In this document: positions 39,263-55,757 of the stretch, piece by piece
How positions within the stretch are numbered: position 1 is the stretch's first letter
How the letters are laid out: each line of letters begins with the position of its first letter
IMG/VR virus record: IMGVR_UViG_3300009168_000001
Length of the DNA: 64,000 bases
Source: an uncultured virus (IMG/VR IMGVR_UViG_3300009168_000001)
Lineage: Duplodnaviria > Heunggongvirae > Uroviricota > Caudoviricetes
Direction: 5' to 3' (one strand)
The notes under the pieces: generated by a model
The model's input: only the letters and a program-made list of their open reading frames with translations
Database searches by the model: none
Told to the model about the DNA's origin: nothing
Translations under genes and position numbers: made by a program

Positions 39263-42200
39263 GTGATGTACCTGTTCGACACCTTCACCAATTTCCTGTC
39301 GGGCCTTGGCGTGATGGGGCGCGACAAGTCGACCGGCCATCAGTACACCAAGCAACTGTGGACGCGTGAGCAACTTGAAGCCGCGTTCACCTCCGACTGG
39401 ATCACGCGCAAGGCGATCACGATCCCGGCGCAGGATAGCGTGCGCGAGTGGCGCGCGTGGCAGGCCGAGCAAGACCAGATCGAGTCACTGGAGGAGACCG
39501 AGGACCGCTTACGCGTGCAATTGAAATTGCAGGAGGCGCTGATCAAGTCGCGGCTCTATGGCGGTTCGTGCCTGTTGCTCGGCGTCGAAGGCAACATGGC
39601 AAGCGAGCTCGATCCCGAGACCATCGGCAAGGACGGTTTGAAATTCCTGCACGTGTTCGCGCCGCATCAGTTGGTGCTCAAGGACCTGATCAAGGACATC
39701 TCGTCGCCGTACTACGGGCAGCCCGAATTCTACACGCTGCACGATGACACCGGAAAGGTTGGCGACGTCGACATTCATCCCTCGCGCATGATTCGGTTCT
39801 GTGGGCTGGAGACCCCGGACCCGATGGCCAACTATGGCTGGGGCGATCCGCTGTTGATGATGATCAACGACGCCGTGAGTGCGACCGGCACCGTGCTGCA
39901 ATCCATCGCCGCGATGATTCAGGAAGCCAAGTTCGACGTCGTCAAGATACCGGGCCTGACCGAAATCTTCTCGACCAGCGAGGGCACCACGCGTCTGGTC
40001 AAGCGCTTCTCCGAGGCCAACGTGGCGAAGAGCATCATCAATGCGGTGGTGCTCGATGGCGAAGAGGAGTGGCAGCGCATCGGCATCGACTTCTCCGGCA
40101 TGCCCGAGGTGATGCAGATGTATTTGCAGGTTGCCGCAGGTGCCTGCGATATCCCGGTGACGCGCTTCGTCGGCCAGTCGCCGGCAGGGTTGAATGCGAC
40201 CGGCGACAGCGACATGAGGAATTACTACGACCGCATCCATTCCGATCAGGTGTTGCGGTTGACGCCGGCACTGGAGAAGCTGGACATCGCAATCCAGCGC
40301 TCGGCGCTCGGCAACTTCGATGAGGATATTTTCTACGAATGGAATCCGCTCTGGCAGATGAGCGACGCCGAGAAGGCGACCATTGCCAAGACCAAGGCAG
40401 ACACCGCCGCCGTGGATGTCACAAGCGGGCTGGTGCCGTTCGAGGCTCTGGTCAAGGGCCGCGTCAACCAGTTGATCGAGGACGGCACCTATCCCGGCAT
40501 GGAAGCCGGCATCGAGGAGGCGATTGCCAATCAGGAATCGCTCGATGAGGAGGAGCTCGCGGGTGAGCTCGCCGCCCAAGCGCCGAAGCAACTAACCGGG
40601 CCGGAGTCGAAGCGCGGCATGGAAGGCCAGAGCGGCAAGGAGGTAGCGAAAGACAGCGCTGTCCCTTTCGCGCGTCAGGCGGCATTGGACCGTTTGGCGA
40701 GGACATTGCATGATCTGTTGATCCCGTGGAATGAACTGGAGCATCCGCGCGGCGGGTTGGAGAACCCGGGACAGTTCACCTCGAAGGGCATGACCAAGAC
40801 GGCGGCGTTTGTCTCGCCGAGCGTCAAGTCAGGTCTCGACTTCAAGGGCGCGGTGAAGGAATTGAATTCGCGCCAGCAAGCGCGACTGCGTGCAGCATCA
40901 GCCGACATCAACAGCAAGGTCGGCATTCAGGGCGCGCAGGAGGTCAACATCATCGGCGCGTGGTCGGACGGTGCCGAGAATTCCATCATGTCGCGCAGTG
41001 ACGCCGACTGGGAGCGCACCAAGCTTGCAAGCGTGATGAAGGGCCACCTCGCCGACCAGAAGGCGGTGCTGGTGTTTCAACAGGGCGATGGGCCGGCGAC
41101 GCTGGCGCAGTTCGAGGCCAAGGGCAGCTTAGATAAAATTCACAAAGGGCTGTTGAAGGACGGCATCGAGAACCATACCATCGTGCCGACCAAGGATGGT
41201 GCGACGGTGTTCGTGGTCGACACCGATGGCAACTCGCTCGAAGCACTGGACAAGGCGGCAGCACGTCATGGCAAAGACAACCCAGTCTACTACCAGTTCG
41301 GAAAAGCCGAGTTCATCGGCTACGACGGCAAAGGATCGGACCGCGAGCAACGAGACCGCGCGCGAGCGATATACCAAGATGTCATTGACCAATCCCCGGT
41401 TCAAAATGCTCAAGCCATCTGGCAAGACATACGCGATCATTGGCAGCCCCCCACCGACCAAAAAGGGTACGCACTGACACCCAGTGCGCTGGTTGCCGAG
41501 CATCCCGACATCAAACCGAATTCGGTGGTGGTGACGGACGCAGCGAAGATGATCAACGACCGGGCCGGCGAGATACTGCAACGCGATCTCGGGCTCGACC
41601 ACGTGGACGAGGACAACCACACGGAAGAGACCGACGACTATCTGGCCGGCGTCATCGCGATGGAATTGCGTGAGGGCCTGATCGGTGGCGTCTCTGGTGC
41701 CGACTGGTACGACGAGACCATGAAGAAGGCGATGCGCATTGCCGAGGAAATCTATCCCGGCATTGCCAAGGACAAGAACCAGAAGTTCATCTACACCGCC
41801 GCGCTCGCGATCACCTCGCAGGGTGAGACCGTCGACCGCAACGTGGCGCTGGCAGATCAGGCCTACACGTATTTCCTTGAGCACGGCAGGTATCCGACCG
41901 ACATCAAGGCGAAGAAGGCAAGTATTGCCGGCAACCTCAAGAAGATGAACGAGATGATCGAGGAGGCCGGATCAATCGACAAGGTTCGCGAATTCTTCGA
42001 CAAGCCGATGACCGCGCGCGATCTAGCTAAGGCAACCGGGGTCGAGCCCGGCGCTACACTGAAGGATGACTTGCTGTATGGCTCGGCAATGCTTGGACCG
42101 AAGATCGGGCAGGGCTTCTATCAGAATCTCAACGGCAACTTCACGCCGATCACGATGGACTTGTGGTTCATGCGCGCGTGGGGACGCATCACCAACACGG

Positions 42201-42664
42201 GCGTTGCCGGCGGTGGCCACGAGAAACAGATGGAGCGCTTCGTCGGTGCGCTGAAGGACGCCGGCCATCCGGTGCCGCGCAGTGAAGCGGACCGCATCGA
42301 GCTCGCCGCCAAGATTTACAAGGAGCACGAGCGCGCGTTCGCCGCCGCTGCCAAGGCCAAGGAGGAGTACGAAAAGACCGAACTGATCCTCGCATCCGAG
42401 CGGCTGACGCTGATGGCCAACGGCATGATGGTCGAGCAACCGAAGAACGGAAGCCAGCGCAAGTGGATCACGAGCGTGTTCAACAAGGCGATTGCGAAGT
42501 TGAAGAGCGAGCGCGGCATCACGCTGACGCCGGCAGGTGCACAGGCGACGTGGTGGTGGCCCGAGAAGATTCTCTGGGAGGAGATGGGCGTTCGCGGCAA
42601 GGAGCGTGACACCGATTATGCCAAGTCACTGTCGACGCTGTCGAAGAAGAGGCGAGACGCATGA
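39263..42664 (+). CDS. Portal protein (DUF1073-type) fused to a ~650-aa C-terminal cargo
   Basis: aa 1-~440: SRLYGGS, IHPSR, DIPVTRFVGQSPAGLNATGDSDMRNYYD, WNPLWQ. The ORF continues without a stop to 1133 aa. Confidence 0.85.
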   Translation: MMYLFDTFTNFLSGLGVMGRDKSTGHQYTKQLWTREQLEAAFTSDWITRKAITIPAQDSVREWRAWQAEQDQIESLEETEDRLRVQLKLQEALIKSRLYGGSCLLLGVEGNMASELDPETIGKDGLKFLHVFAPHQLVLKDLIKDISSPYYGQPEFYTLHDDTGKVGDVDIHPSRMIRFCGLETPDPMANYGWGDPLLMMINDAVSATGTVLQSIAAMIQEAKFDVVKIPGLTEIFSTSEGTTRLVKRFSEANVAKSIINAVVLDGEEEWQRIGIDFSGMPEVMQMYLQVAAGACDIPVTRFVGQSPAGLNATGDSDMRNYYDRIHSDQVLRLTPALEKLDIAIQRSALGNFDEDIFYEWNPLWQMSDAEKATIAKTKADTAAVDVTSGLVPFEALVKGRVNQLIEDGTYPGMEAGIEEAIANQESLDEEELAGELAAQAPKQLTGPESKRGMEGQSGKEVAKDSAVPFARQAALDRLARTLHDLLIPWNELEHPRGGLENPGQFTSKGMTKTAAFVSPSVKSGLDFKGAVKELNSRQQARLRAASADINSKVGIQGAQEVNIIGAWSDGAENSIMSRSDADWERTKLASVMKGHLADQKAVLVFQQGDGPATLAQFEAKGSLDKIHKGLLKDGIENHTIVPTKDGATVFVVDTDGNSLEALDKAAARHGKDNPVYYQFGKAEFIGYDGKGSDREQRDRARAIYQDVIDQSPVQNAQAIWQDIRDHWQPPTDQKGYALTPSALVAEHPDIKPNSVVVTDAAKMINDRAGEILQRDLGLDHVDEDNHTEETDDYLAGVIAMELREGLIGGVSGADWYDETMKKAMRIAEEIYPGIAKDKNQKFIYTAALAITSQGETVDRNVALADQAYTYFLEHGRYPTDIKAKKASIAGNLKKMNEMIEEAGSIDKVREFFDKPMTARDLAKATGVEPGATLKDDLLYGSAMLGPKIGQGFYQNLNGNFTPITMDLWFMRAWGRITNTGVAGGGHEKQMERFVGALKDAGHPVPRSEADRIELAAKIYKEHERAFAAAAKAKEEYEKTELILASERLTLMANGMMVEQPKNGSQRKWITSVFNKAIAKLKSERGITLTPAGAQATWWWPEKILWEEMGVRGKERDTDYAKSLSTLSKKRRDA

Positions 42665-44814
42665 TCAAGGGCAAGCCAAGCTTTGCACCGTGGCAGGACG
42701 ATCCTGATCCGCCGGATTACTGGGACGACGACGACTATGAGGCGATGCGCGTTCGGCTGCGCGCGTACTGGGGCGGCACACCGCTCGATGACACATGGGA
42801 CCCGGGCAGGCATCCGCGCAACGAGGAAGGCGAGTTCGCCAGCGTGATCACGGTGGAGGAGGAAACGCCGGAGGCGGTTGGCAAGCTGGGACGCATCGCG
42901 GTGAAAAATTTGGAGGCGCTCAGCGCCACGGGTGAGCAATATCGCGGCACGCGCATCAAGGCCTACACCACGCAGGGCGAGACCGGCATCTTCATCGAGA
43001 ACGCGCAGCGGCTGATCAAGAGCACGGGCAAATACCAGAAGGCGACGCGGTCGTATCGCTTGCGGGTGCCGTTCAAGATCAAGACCATGAGCCACGACGC
43101 GATCCGCGAGTGGAACGAGGAGAAGCATTCACGCGTGCAGGGTGGTGCGACCGGCGGACAGTTCGGCACTGGCACCGGACCGATGACCGCACGCAAGGAG
43201 AAGAGCGGACGCGCCACCGCAGCAATTGCTGGCCGGCACAAGGAGCACGTGCAGGGCGAGCGCGCCAAGGCGCAGGAGGCCCAGCAACAATCGATGCAGG
43301 CGGAGGCCGCCGCGCAAGCGCAAGAGGTGAAAGCGAAAGAGGATCAGACCGCCGCCAAGAAGGGCAAGAAGGTCTCGCGCAAGGAGGACTTCGACAAGGC
43401 CGGCGTGCGCATCCGTGGCGTGACCAGCGAGCACGAGACGTTCATCGCCAAGTGGAATGACAAGATCGGGATCGACCCTGCGGAATTCGAGAAGATGTTC
43501 ACCGGAGGCTTGCAGGACCGGGTCGATCTGTCGGTCGGCATGAGCGGGTCGGAGATTCAGGTCAGTGGCACCATCAAGGATGAGCGCGGCAACAGCATCG
43601 GCAATTTCGACCGCGACATCAAGCCGGATAAGAACGAGGCTTACAGCGCCTACTTCAAGCTGGAGAAGGCCGCGACCGGCGACGACACCGGCAAGCGCAT
43701 CCTCGGCGGCAACATCGAGACCTATGAGGCGATGGGCATCGACACCGTCAAGGTGACGGCCAACATCGACGTCGGCGGCTACGCGTGGGCCAAGTACGGC
43801 TACGTGCCGACCGCGTCCGCATGGTCGACGCTGTCGGGTGATTTGGAGCGCAAGCTTGACCGTGAGACCGAAGAGGGCCCGAGCGGATCGCGACATCGGC
43901 GCAGTAGCGGTGACACCTACGAGGCCGACGACTGGGACATGCTGTCATCCGATCAACAGGAGGAGACGCAACGGCGCTGGATGCGCGACAGCCGTGATGA
44001 ATTCGTGCAGAGCGAGATCGAGAGTTGGCGCGACAGCGGTCGACCGAAGGAAGAGGCGAAGAAGGAGATCGTCTCGGACTGGAGTAGCGGCGACAATGAC
44101 TGGGCGCTGGATAAATTGAAGGAGCTCCGCAAGGAGCGGCTCGACAAGGCGAAAGAGAGCGGCGAGGAGATCAAGGACTTCGCGCTGAACGACGAACAGA
44201 TACTGGGCGCGCTGACCATCGATGATTACGAGTCGCGCTACGAGGATGGCGGCGACGATCCGGAATGGACGTGGGACGATGCCACGCTGGCCGCCGCAGG
44301 AGAGTTGAAGGCCAAGGGCCAGATGGAGTTGCCCGGGATCGAGCCGCCCGACTACAGCAAGATACTGACCGACGCGGAGCGCACCGAGATCACCGACGCG
44401 CTGACCGACGCCTTCAATGCCAAGGCGGAGGAGGATGAGAGCGACATCGACCCGCCGGATTACTTGAGCGAACAGGTCGAGGAATATCAGGACGAGTACT
44501 GGAGCCAGAAAGACAACGCCGAGAAGCTGTCGCTCGCCATCGACTATGGCCAAGCCGACATCGAGGTCGAGAGCGAGGATGACGGCGACGATCAGGAAGA
44601 GATGGACCTGACCGAGGAGGAGAAGCAATCGCCGGAAGTCAGTGAGCTTTACGATCTGGTGCGCAGTGGCGATCCGAAGTCGATCTGGAAGATCGCCGAT
44701 TCCTCGATGGGCAAGAAGCTGTTGCTGGGCTCGGGCTGGTCGGGCGTGCTGAACCTGAAAGACCCGGAGAGCTACGCGCGGTTTAAGGCCTATGTGGGCA
44801 AGAGGAAAAGCTGA
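42661..44814 (+). CDS. Putative head-packaged polyvalent protein with a split GNAT-like domain
   Basis: Two W..H[PS]R..G.F tags; GDDTGKRIL...TANIDVGGYAWAKYGY; long D/E-rich insert; then GKKLLLGSGWSG. Confidence 0.6.
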   Translation: MIKGKPSFAPWQDDPDPPDYWDDDDYEAMRVRLRAYWGGTPLDDTWDPGRHPRNEEGEFASVITVEEETPEAVGKLGRIAVKNLEALSATGEQYRGTRIKAYTTQGETGIFIENAQRLIKSTGKYQKATRSYRLRVPFKIKTMSHDAIREWNEEKHSRVQGGATGGQFGTGTGPMTARKEKSGRATAAIAGRHKEHVQGERAKAQEAQQQSMQAEAAAQAQEVKAKEDQTAAKKGKKVSRKEDFDKAGVRIRGVTSEHETFIAKWNDKIGIDPAEFEKMFTGGLQDRVDLSVGMSGSEIQVSGTIKDERGNSIGNFDRDIKPDKNEAYSAYFKLEKAATGDDTGKRILGGNIETYEAMGIDTVKVTANIDVGGYAWAKYGYVPTASAWSTLSGDLERKLDRETEEGPSGSRHRRSSGDTYEADDWDMLSSDQQEETQRRWMRDSRDEFVQSEIESWRDSGRPKEEAKKEIVSDWSSGDNDWALDKLKELRKERLDKAKESGEEIKDFALNDEQILGALTIDDYESRYEDGGDDPEWTWDDATLAAAGELKAKGQMELPGIEPPDYSKILTDAERTEITDALTDAFNAKAEEDESDIDPPDYLSEQVEEYQDEYWSQKDNAEKLSLAIDYGQADIEVESEDDGDDQEEMDLTEEEKQSPEVSELYDLVRSGDPKSIWKIADSSMGKKLLLGSGWSGVLNLKDPESYARFKAYVGKRKS

Positions 44815-45008
44815 TGCCGAAGATACACGGGGCCGCCGAGGGCGAAGTGGCGCAGGAATTCTTCTATGAGGAAGGTGCCGGCAAGATGGCCGATGCAGAT
44901 TTGCATAATCGAATCATGTTCGTGGCCGAGCACTGCGTGGTCGATGAGACCATCATGGCACCGATCCGCGAGCGCTATCGGCGGAAGCACGCAAAGAAGG
45001 GCAAATGA
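44814..45008 (+). CDS. Small protein coupled to the GNAT-like gene
   Basis: TGATG overlap; 64 aa. Confidence 0.55.
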   Translation: MPKIHGAAEGEVAQEFFYEEGAGKMADADLHNRIMFVAEHCVVDETIMAPIRERYRRKHAKKGK

Positions 45009-46084
45009 TCAACCGGCGTGACCCGACCCGCAGCGCACCGTTGCGCCGACATGGTCGCGCGCTGGTCAATCGCCGGGTGCATGCGCTGCATCTGCGGCTG
45101 CGGCAGGGATTATCCGAACAGGACGTGGTTGGCTTGCGCGCGCAGGCGGCAACATCGCCGCCGCTGGCGTTCATCAACTGGATCGAAAGCGTCTCGCACA
45201 AGATGGCGCGCGCTGAGAACATGATAGGGTTATTGATCGATCAGACGCTGACGACGCCGATGGGCTGGCCACGTGAACTGATCGAGCGGGCGGTCGAGCA
45301 TGGCATCGAACTTGTGGAAGCGGAGCTATCCACGTCGCTTGGACGTCTCGACGCTGGAGAGGTGTCACGACTGCATTCGCATGCGGCCACATCTGAGGTT
45401 CGGGGAATTGCTGGGGAGACGGAGCGCCGGCTGTTGCGGCACGTGGTTCGCGCGATTGAGACCAAGCAAAGCCCGGAAGCGCTGATGCGCGAGGTGCGCG
45501 CGACGCTGGAGAAGATCACGCGGCTGCGGCTGCACCTGATGATCAACACGGGCGTGGTCCGCGCGGTCAACGCCGGCAAGTTGTTCGCATACGCGAGTGA
45601 GGGCATTGATCAGGTTGGCATCGACCCCGAGTGGCTACCGCACACTCATCAACGTGACAGTGCGGCTGGTCATCCTCGCGCTGATCTTGTCCCACTTATT
45701 CTCGATGCGCGCTCGAAGAAGGCGAAGCGCCGCGAGCGTGTCGCCAAGAACAAGGCCAAGCGGGTTCGACGCAAGCGCGGTGTCGCCGAGGAATTGCTGA
45801 AGGAGATCGCCGCCAACGCGTTCGGGCAACAGGCCACTGGCTTTGCCGAGCGCGTGCTGGAGGTGATCGAGGAAGCCGAGGACCCGGTCACGATGGTCAA
45901 CGTGCTCACCGCAGGCGACGACAAGGTCTGCCAAGCGTGTGAGGATATCGCGTCAGACGGACCCTATGAGCTCGAAGAGGCGCGCGACCTGATCCCGGCG
46001 CACCCGAATTGCCGTTGCAGTTTCATCCCGTTCGGCGATAAACGCTTTGCTCCAATCGAGGAGCAATTGGAGGAGTGGGAGTGA
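45005..46084 (+). CDS. MuF/SPP1 gp7-like head morphogenesis protein
   Basis: N-terminal DPTR; C-terminal GDDKVC..C...IPAHPNCRC. Confidence 0.8.
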   Translation: MINRRDPTRSAPLRRHGRALVNRRVHALHLRLRQGLSEQDVVGLRAQAATSPPLAFINWIESVSHKMARAENMIGLLIDQTLTTPMGWPRELIERAVEHGIELVEAELSTSLGRLDAGEVSRLHSHAATSEVRGIAGETERRLLRHVVRAIETKQSPEALMREVRATLEKITRLRLHLMINTGVVRAVNAGKLFAYASEGIDQVGIDPEWLPHTHQRDSAAGHPRADLVPLILDARSKKAKRRERVAKNKAKRVRRKRGVAEELLKEIAANAFGQQATGFAERVLEVIEEAEDPVTMVNVLTAGDDKVCQACEDIASDGPYELEEARDLIPAHPNCRCSFIPFGDKRFAPIEEQLEEWE

Positions 46085-46341
46085 TGACACGATTTATCGC
46101 AAACGAGACCTTCACGTCAGAAGAGAATGGTCTGGAGTACGCGCAAGGAGCGATCTACGACGTCGACCCGAGCAACTCGCCGTATCTCGACAAGTGGAAG
46201 GCCGATGGCAAGGTCCGCGATCCGGACGCGAAAGAGGAGGCCGAATACGACGAGGCCTCCGCCAAGGATGACGACGACGGGCCGGAAGAGGATGAGGACG
46301 ACGACGACAAGGACGACGAGGATGAACCTGCATCGAGGTGA
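46084..46341 (+). CDS. Small acidic-tailed protein (paralogue of 46465-46671)
   Basis: RF...F.SEE...EY..G..Y...W...GKVR. Confidence 0.6.
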   Translation: MTRFIANETFTSEENGLEYAQGAIYDVDPSNSPYLDKWKADGKVRDPDAKEEAEYDEASAKDDDDGPEEDEDDDDKDDEDEPASR

Positions 46342-46464
46342 ACTGAACGAAGGTCCCGGCAGGCAACGGCCTGTCGTGGACCCTTCGCCGCACACTTACT
46401 CGGCGTCGCTTCCCGTCAGCGATGGGCTGACATGGGGTGACGTCATCGAACTGGAGCAATCACA

Positions 46465-46671
46465 ATGGCACGTCGTTTCACCGTCATCGACGGTTTCTTC
46501 TCCGACGAAATGAAGAGCGAATATGTCGCCGGCATGAGCTACGAGGCCGCAGACGGCTCGGGCTTGTCCGAACTGGTCGATGAGTGGATCGAACAGGGCA
46601 AGGTTCGCGAAGGTGGTCCGGAGGCCACCATCACCGGCAGCGATGCCCCACCTGAAGATGAGAAGGAGTAA
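46465..46671 (+). CDS. Small acidic protein (paralogue of 46084-46341)
   Basis: RF...FFSDE...EY..G..Y...W...GKVR. Confidence 0.6.
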   Translation: MARRFTVIDGFFSDEMKSEYVAGMSYEAADGSGLSELVDEWIEQGKVREGGPEATITGSDAPPEDEKE

Positions 46672-46676
46672 CGCCG

Positions 46677-47054
46677 ATGGCCGTGACGCATCCGACCGCC
46701 ACACGCAATGGCTTGTGCGATTACGTGGTCGATCAACTCGACCTCAACACGCCGCCCGGGAAACTGGTGTTGCAGACCGGCGCTGGTGCGGCGGTGGCCA
46801 CGCTGACGTTCGCCAACCCGGCGTTCGGTGCAGCGGCGGCTGGTGTTGCGACCGCCAACGCCATCGTGGCCGACACCAACGCGGTCGGCGGCACCATCGC
46901 GAAAGCCGAGCTCAGACAAGGCAACGCCACGCCGATTGTGCTGTGCTCGGTCACTGCGACTGGAGGTGGCGGAGATATCCAACTCAACAGCGTGGTTATC
47001 TCCGCCGGCCAACAGGTCTCGCTGACGTCGCTGACCTATGCCGCTCCAGCCTGA
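46677..47054 (+). CDS. Virion structural protein (fibre-base type)
   Basis: Ala/Thr-rich beta protein; AAGGAG RBS; precedes the large fibre gene. Confidence 0.55.
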   Translation: MAVTHPTATRNGLCDYVVDQLDLNTPPGKLVLQTGAGAAVATLTFANPAFGAAAAGVATANAIVADTNAVGGTIAKAELRQGNATPIVLCSVTATGGGGDIQLNSVVISAGQQVSLTSLTYAAPA

Positions 47055-47427
47055 TCGTCACGTCGTCCCGTGCGGCGCGTGCAATCTGTGCTGCAAGATG
47101 ATGACGCCGATCCTCCCTGCCATGGGTGACGATCCGTCGAGCTATTCGACGGCGGTGTGCTTCACGCCGGGCAAGGACCCGTATCTGATCCTCAACCGTC
47201 ACGACAACGGCGACTGCGTTTATCTCGGGCCGCATGGCTGTCTGATCTGGGAGCGCGCGCCGTTCACCTGCCGGCAGTTCGATTGCCGCGACGTGTTCAA
47301 GAACAGTGACCGGGCGGGCCGCAAGCTGGCGGTCAAGCACGGCGATATGTCGAAGGAAATCTTCGACCGTGGAAGGGAGCTCCTCAAATGTGGATCGTCC
47401 TCGACCCCGAGCCGGATGTGGCGATAG
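47038..47427 (+). CDS. YkgJ-like cysteine-cluster protein
   Basis: CGACNLCC...CVYL...C.IWERAPFTCRQFDC. Confidence 0.7.
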   Translation: MPLQPDRHVVPCGACNLCCKMMTPILPAMGDDPSSYSTAVCFTPGKDPYLILNRHDNGDCVYLGPHGCLIWERAPFTCRQFDCRDVFKNSDRAGRKLAVKHGDMSKEIFDRGRELLKCGSSSTPSRMWR

Positions 47428-47560
47428 CGCGCTTCGATGATTCCATCGACGCGGTGAACTGGATTGCCGACGAGATCAAGATCACACAGGACGTCGAGCG
47501 CGTCGCGATGCTGCAACGCTGCGTGGTCGCGCCGTATGATCCCGAGCGCGACGCTGCCTG

Positions 47561-54711
<7,151 letters not shown>

Positions 54712-54712
54712 C

Positions 54713-55243
54713 ATGGGCATCGATATCGGCGGCAACACCATCATCCAGAGTGCGGGCGGCATTTCGCTCAACACGCTGGCGTTCAATTCCGCCGGTCAAG
54801 GTTCGGCCAGATCGATCCCCGGTTACTCCGGCTGGAAGGGCACCGGCAATTACTACGCCGCACCGAGCGGGTGGGAGACCGACACTGCGCAATGGCAATC
54901 TGGCCTGAACCTTGCGAACGGCGTCTTTACCTGTCCGGTCGCTGGGCTATATGCGATGGGCTACAACGGCATCCACAACGGCGGCAGCAACATCCCGTCC
55001 GCCGCGTCGAACACTTATGGCTATGCCGGCTTCGCCAAGAACGGCGCGCTGTCTTACTACGTGCACTGGAATCAGGAGACCAACACCTATTGGAATACAG
55101 GCGGCACCTCGGCGGTGTTCTCGTGCGCGGCGGGTGACACGCTGGCGCTGTTCGTTAACCGCCCGCCAGTAAATGGGGTGCAGTCTGGCTACGGGCTGTA
55201 TCCGGCTTCTCACCACTGCGTGTGGTGCAAGTTGATAGGTTGA
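54713..55243 (+). CDS. C1q-like domain protein 1
   Basis: GVFTCPVAGLY...CAAGDTL. Confidence 0.7.
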   Translation: MGIDIGGNTIIQSAGGISLNTLAFNSAGQGSARSIPGYSGWKGTGNYYAAPSGWETDTAQWQSGLNLANGVFTCPVAGLYAMGYNGIHNGGSNIPSAASNTYGYAGFAKNGALSYYVHWNQETNTYWNTGGTSAVFSCAAGDTLALFVNRPPVNGVQSGYGLYPASHHCVWCKLIG

Positions 55244-55246
55244 TCG

Positions 55247-55756
55247 ATGGGGTTTGATGTCGGTGGCATTGCGTTGACATCACCGGGTGACGGCACCTTC
55301 GTTGTGACAGGTGCTGCACCGTGGATGAGGGTGAACACTAGCGGCATCCTGACGCGACCGCAGATGCCGTTCATGCGCGGACAGATGAGCGGCAAGGGCG
55401 GTGCCTACAATGCCGGTGGCGCGCCTCTAAAAGTCACCGCTGATGTGAATGGTGGTTCGTGCTGGAACGATGCGACCGGGCTCTTCACCGCGCCCGTGGC
55501 GGGTTACTACTTGGCGACGGCGGGCAACATCGCTGGCCAGCAAGCGGCTTATCTCTACTTGCGCAAGAACGGCGGCGACATCCACTTCGTGCACTGGAAT
55601 CATGTTGCCGTCTGGCATTACGTGACGCTCTCTGCCATCGCGTCCCTTGCTGCCGGTGATTATTTGTCGTGGCACGTCACCGGCAGGACGCCAGACACTG
55701 CCGGCTTCTACGGCGATGGAGGACATTGCATGTACTCAATCGCGCTGATGGCCTGA
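55247..55756 (+). CDS. C1q-like domain protein 2
   Basis: TGLFTAPVAGYY...LAAGDYL. Confidence 0.75.
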   Translation: MGFDVGGIALTSPGDGTFVVTGAAPWMRVNTSGILTRPQMPFMRGQMSGKGGAYNAGGAPLKVTADVNGGSCWNDATGLFTAPVAGYYLATAGNIAGQQAAYLYLRKNGGDIHFVHWNHVAVWHYVTLSAIASLAAGDYLSWHVTGRTPDTAGFYGDGGHCMYSIALMA

Positions 55757-55757
55757 C

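Noticed and set aside
39263..40600. Anti-CBASS (Acb1) function for the DUF1073 portal
   Set aside because: No 2H-phosphoesterase HxT motifs were recognised in this protein; position and motifs support a portal only.
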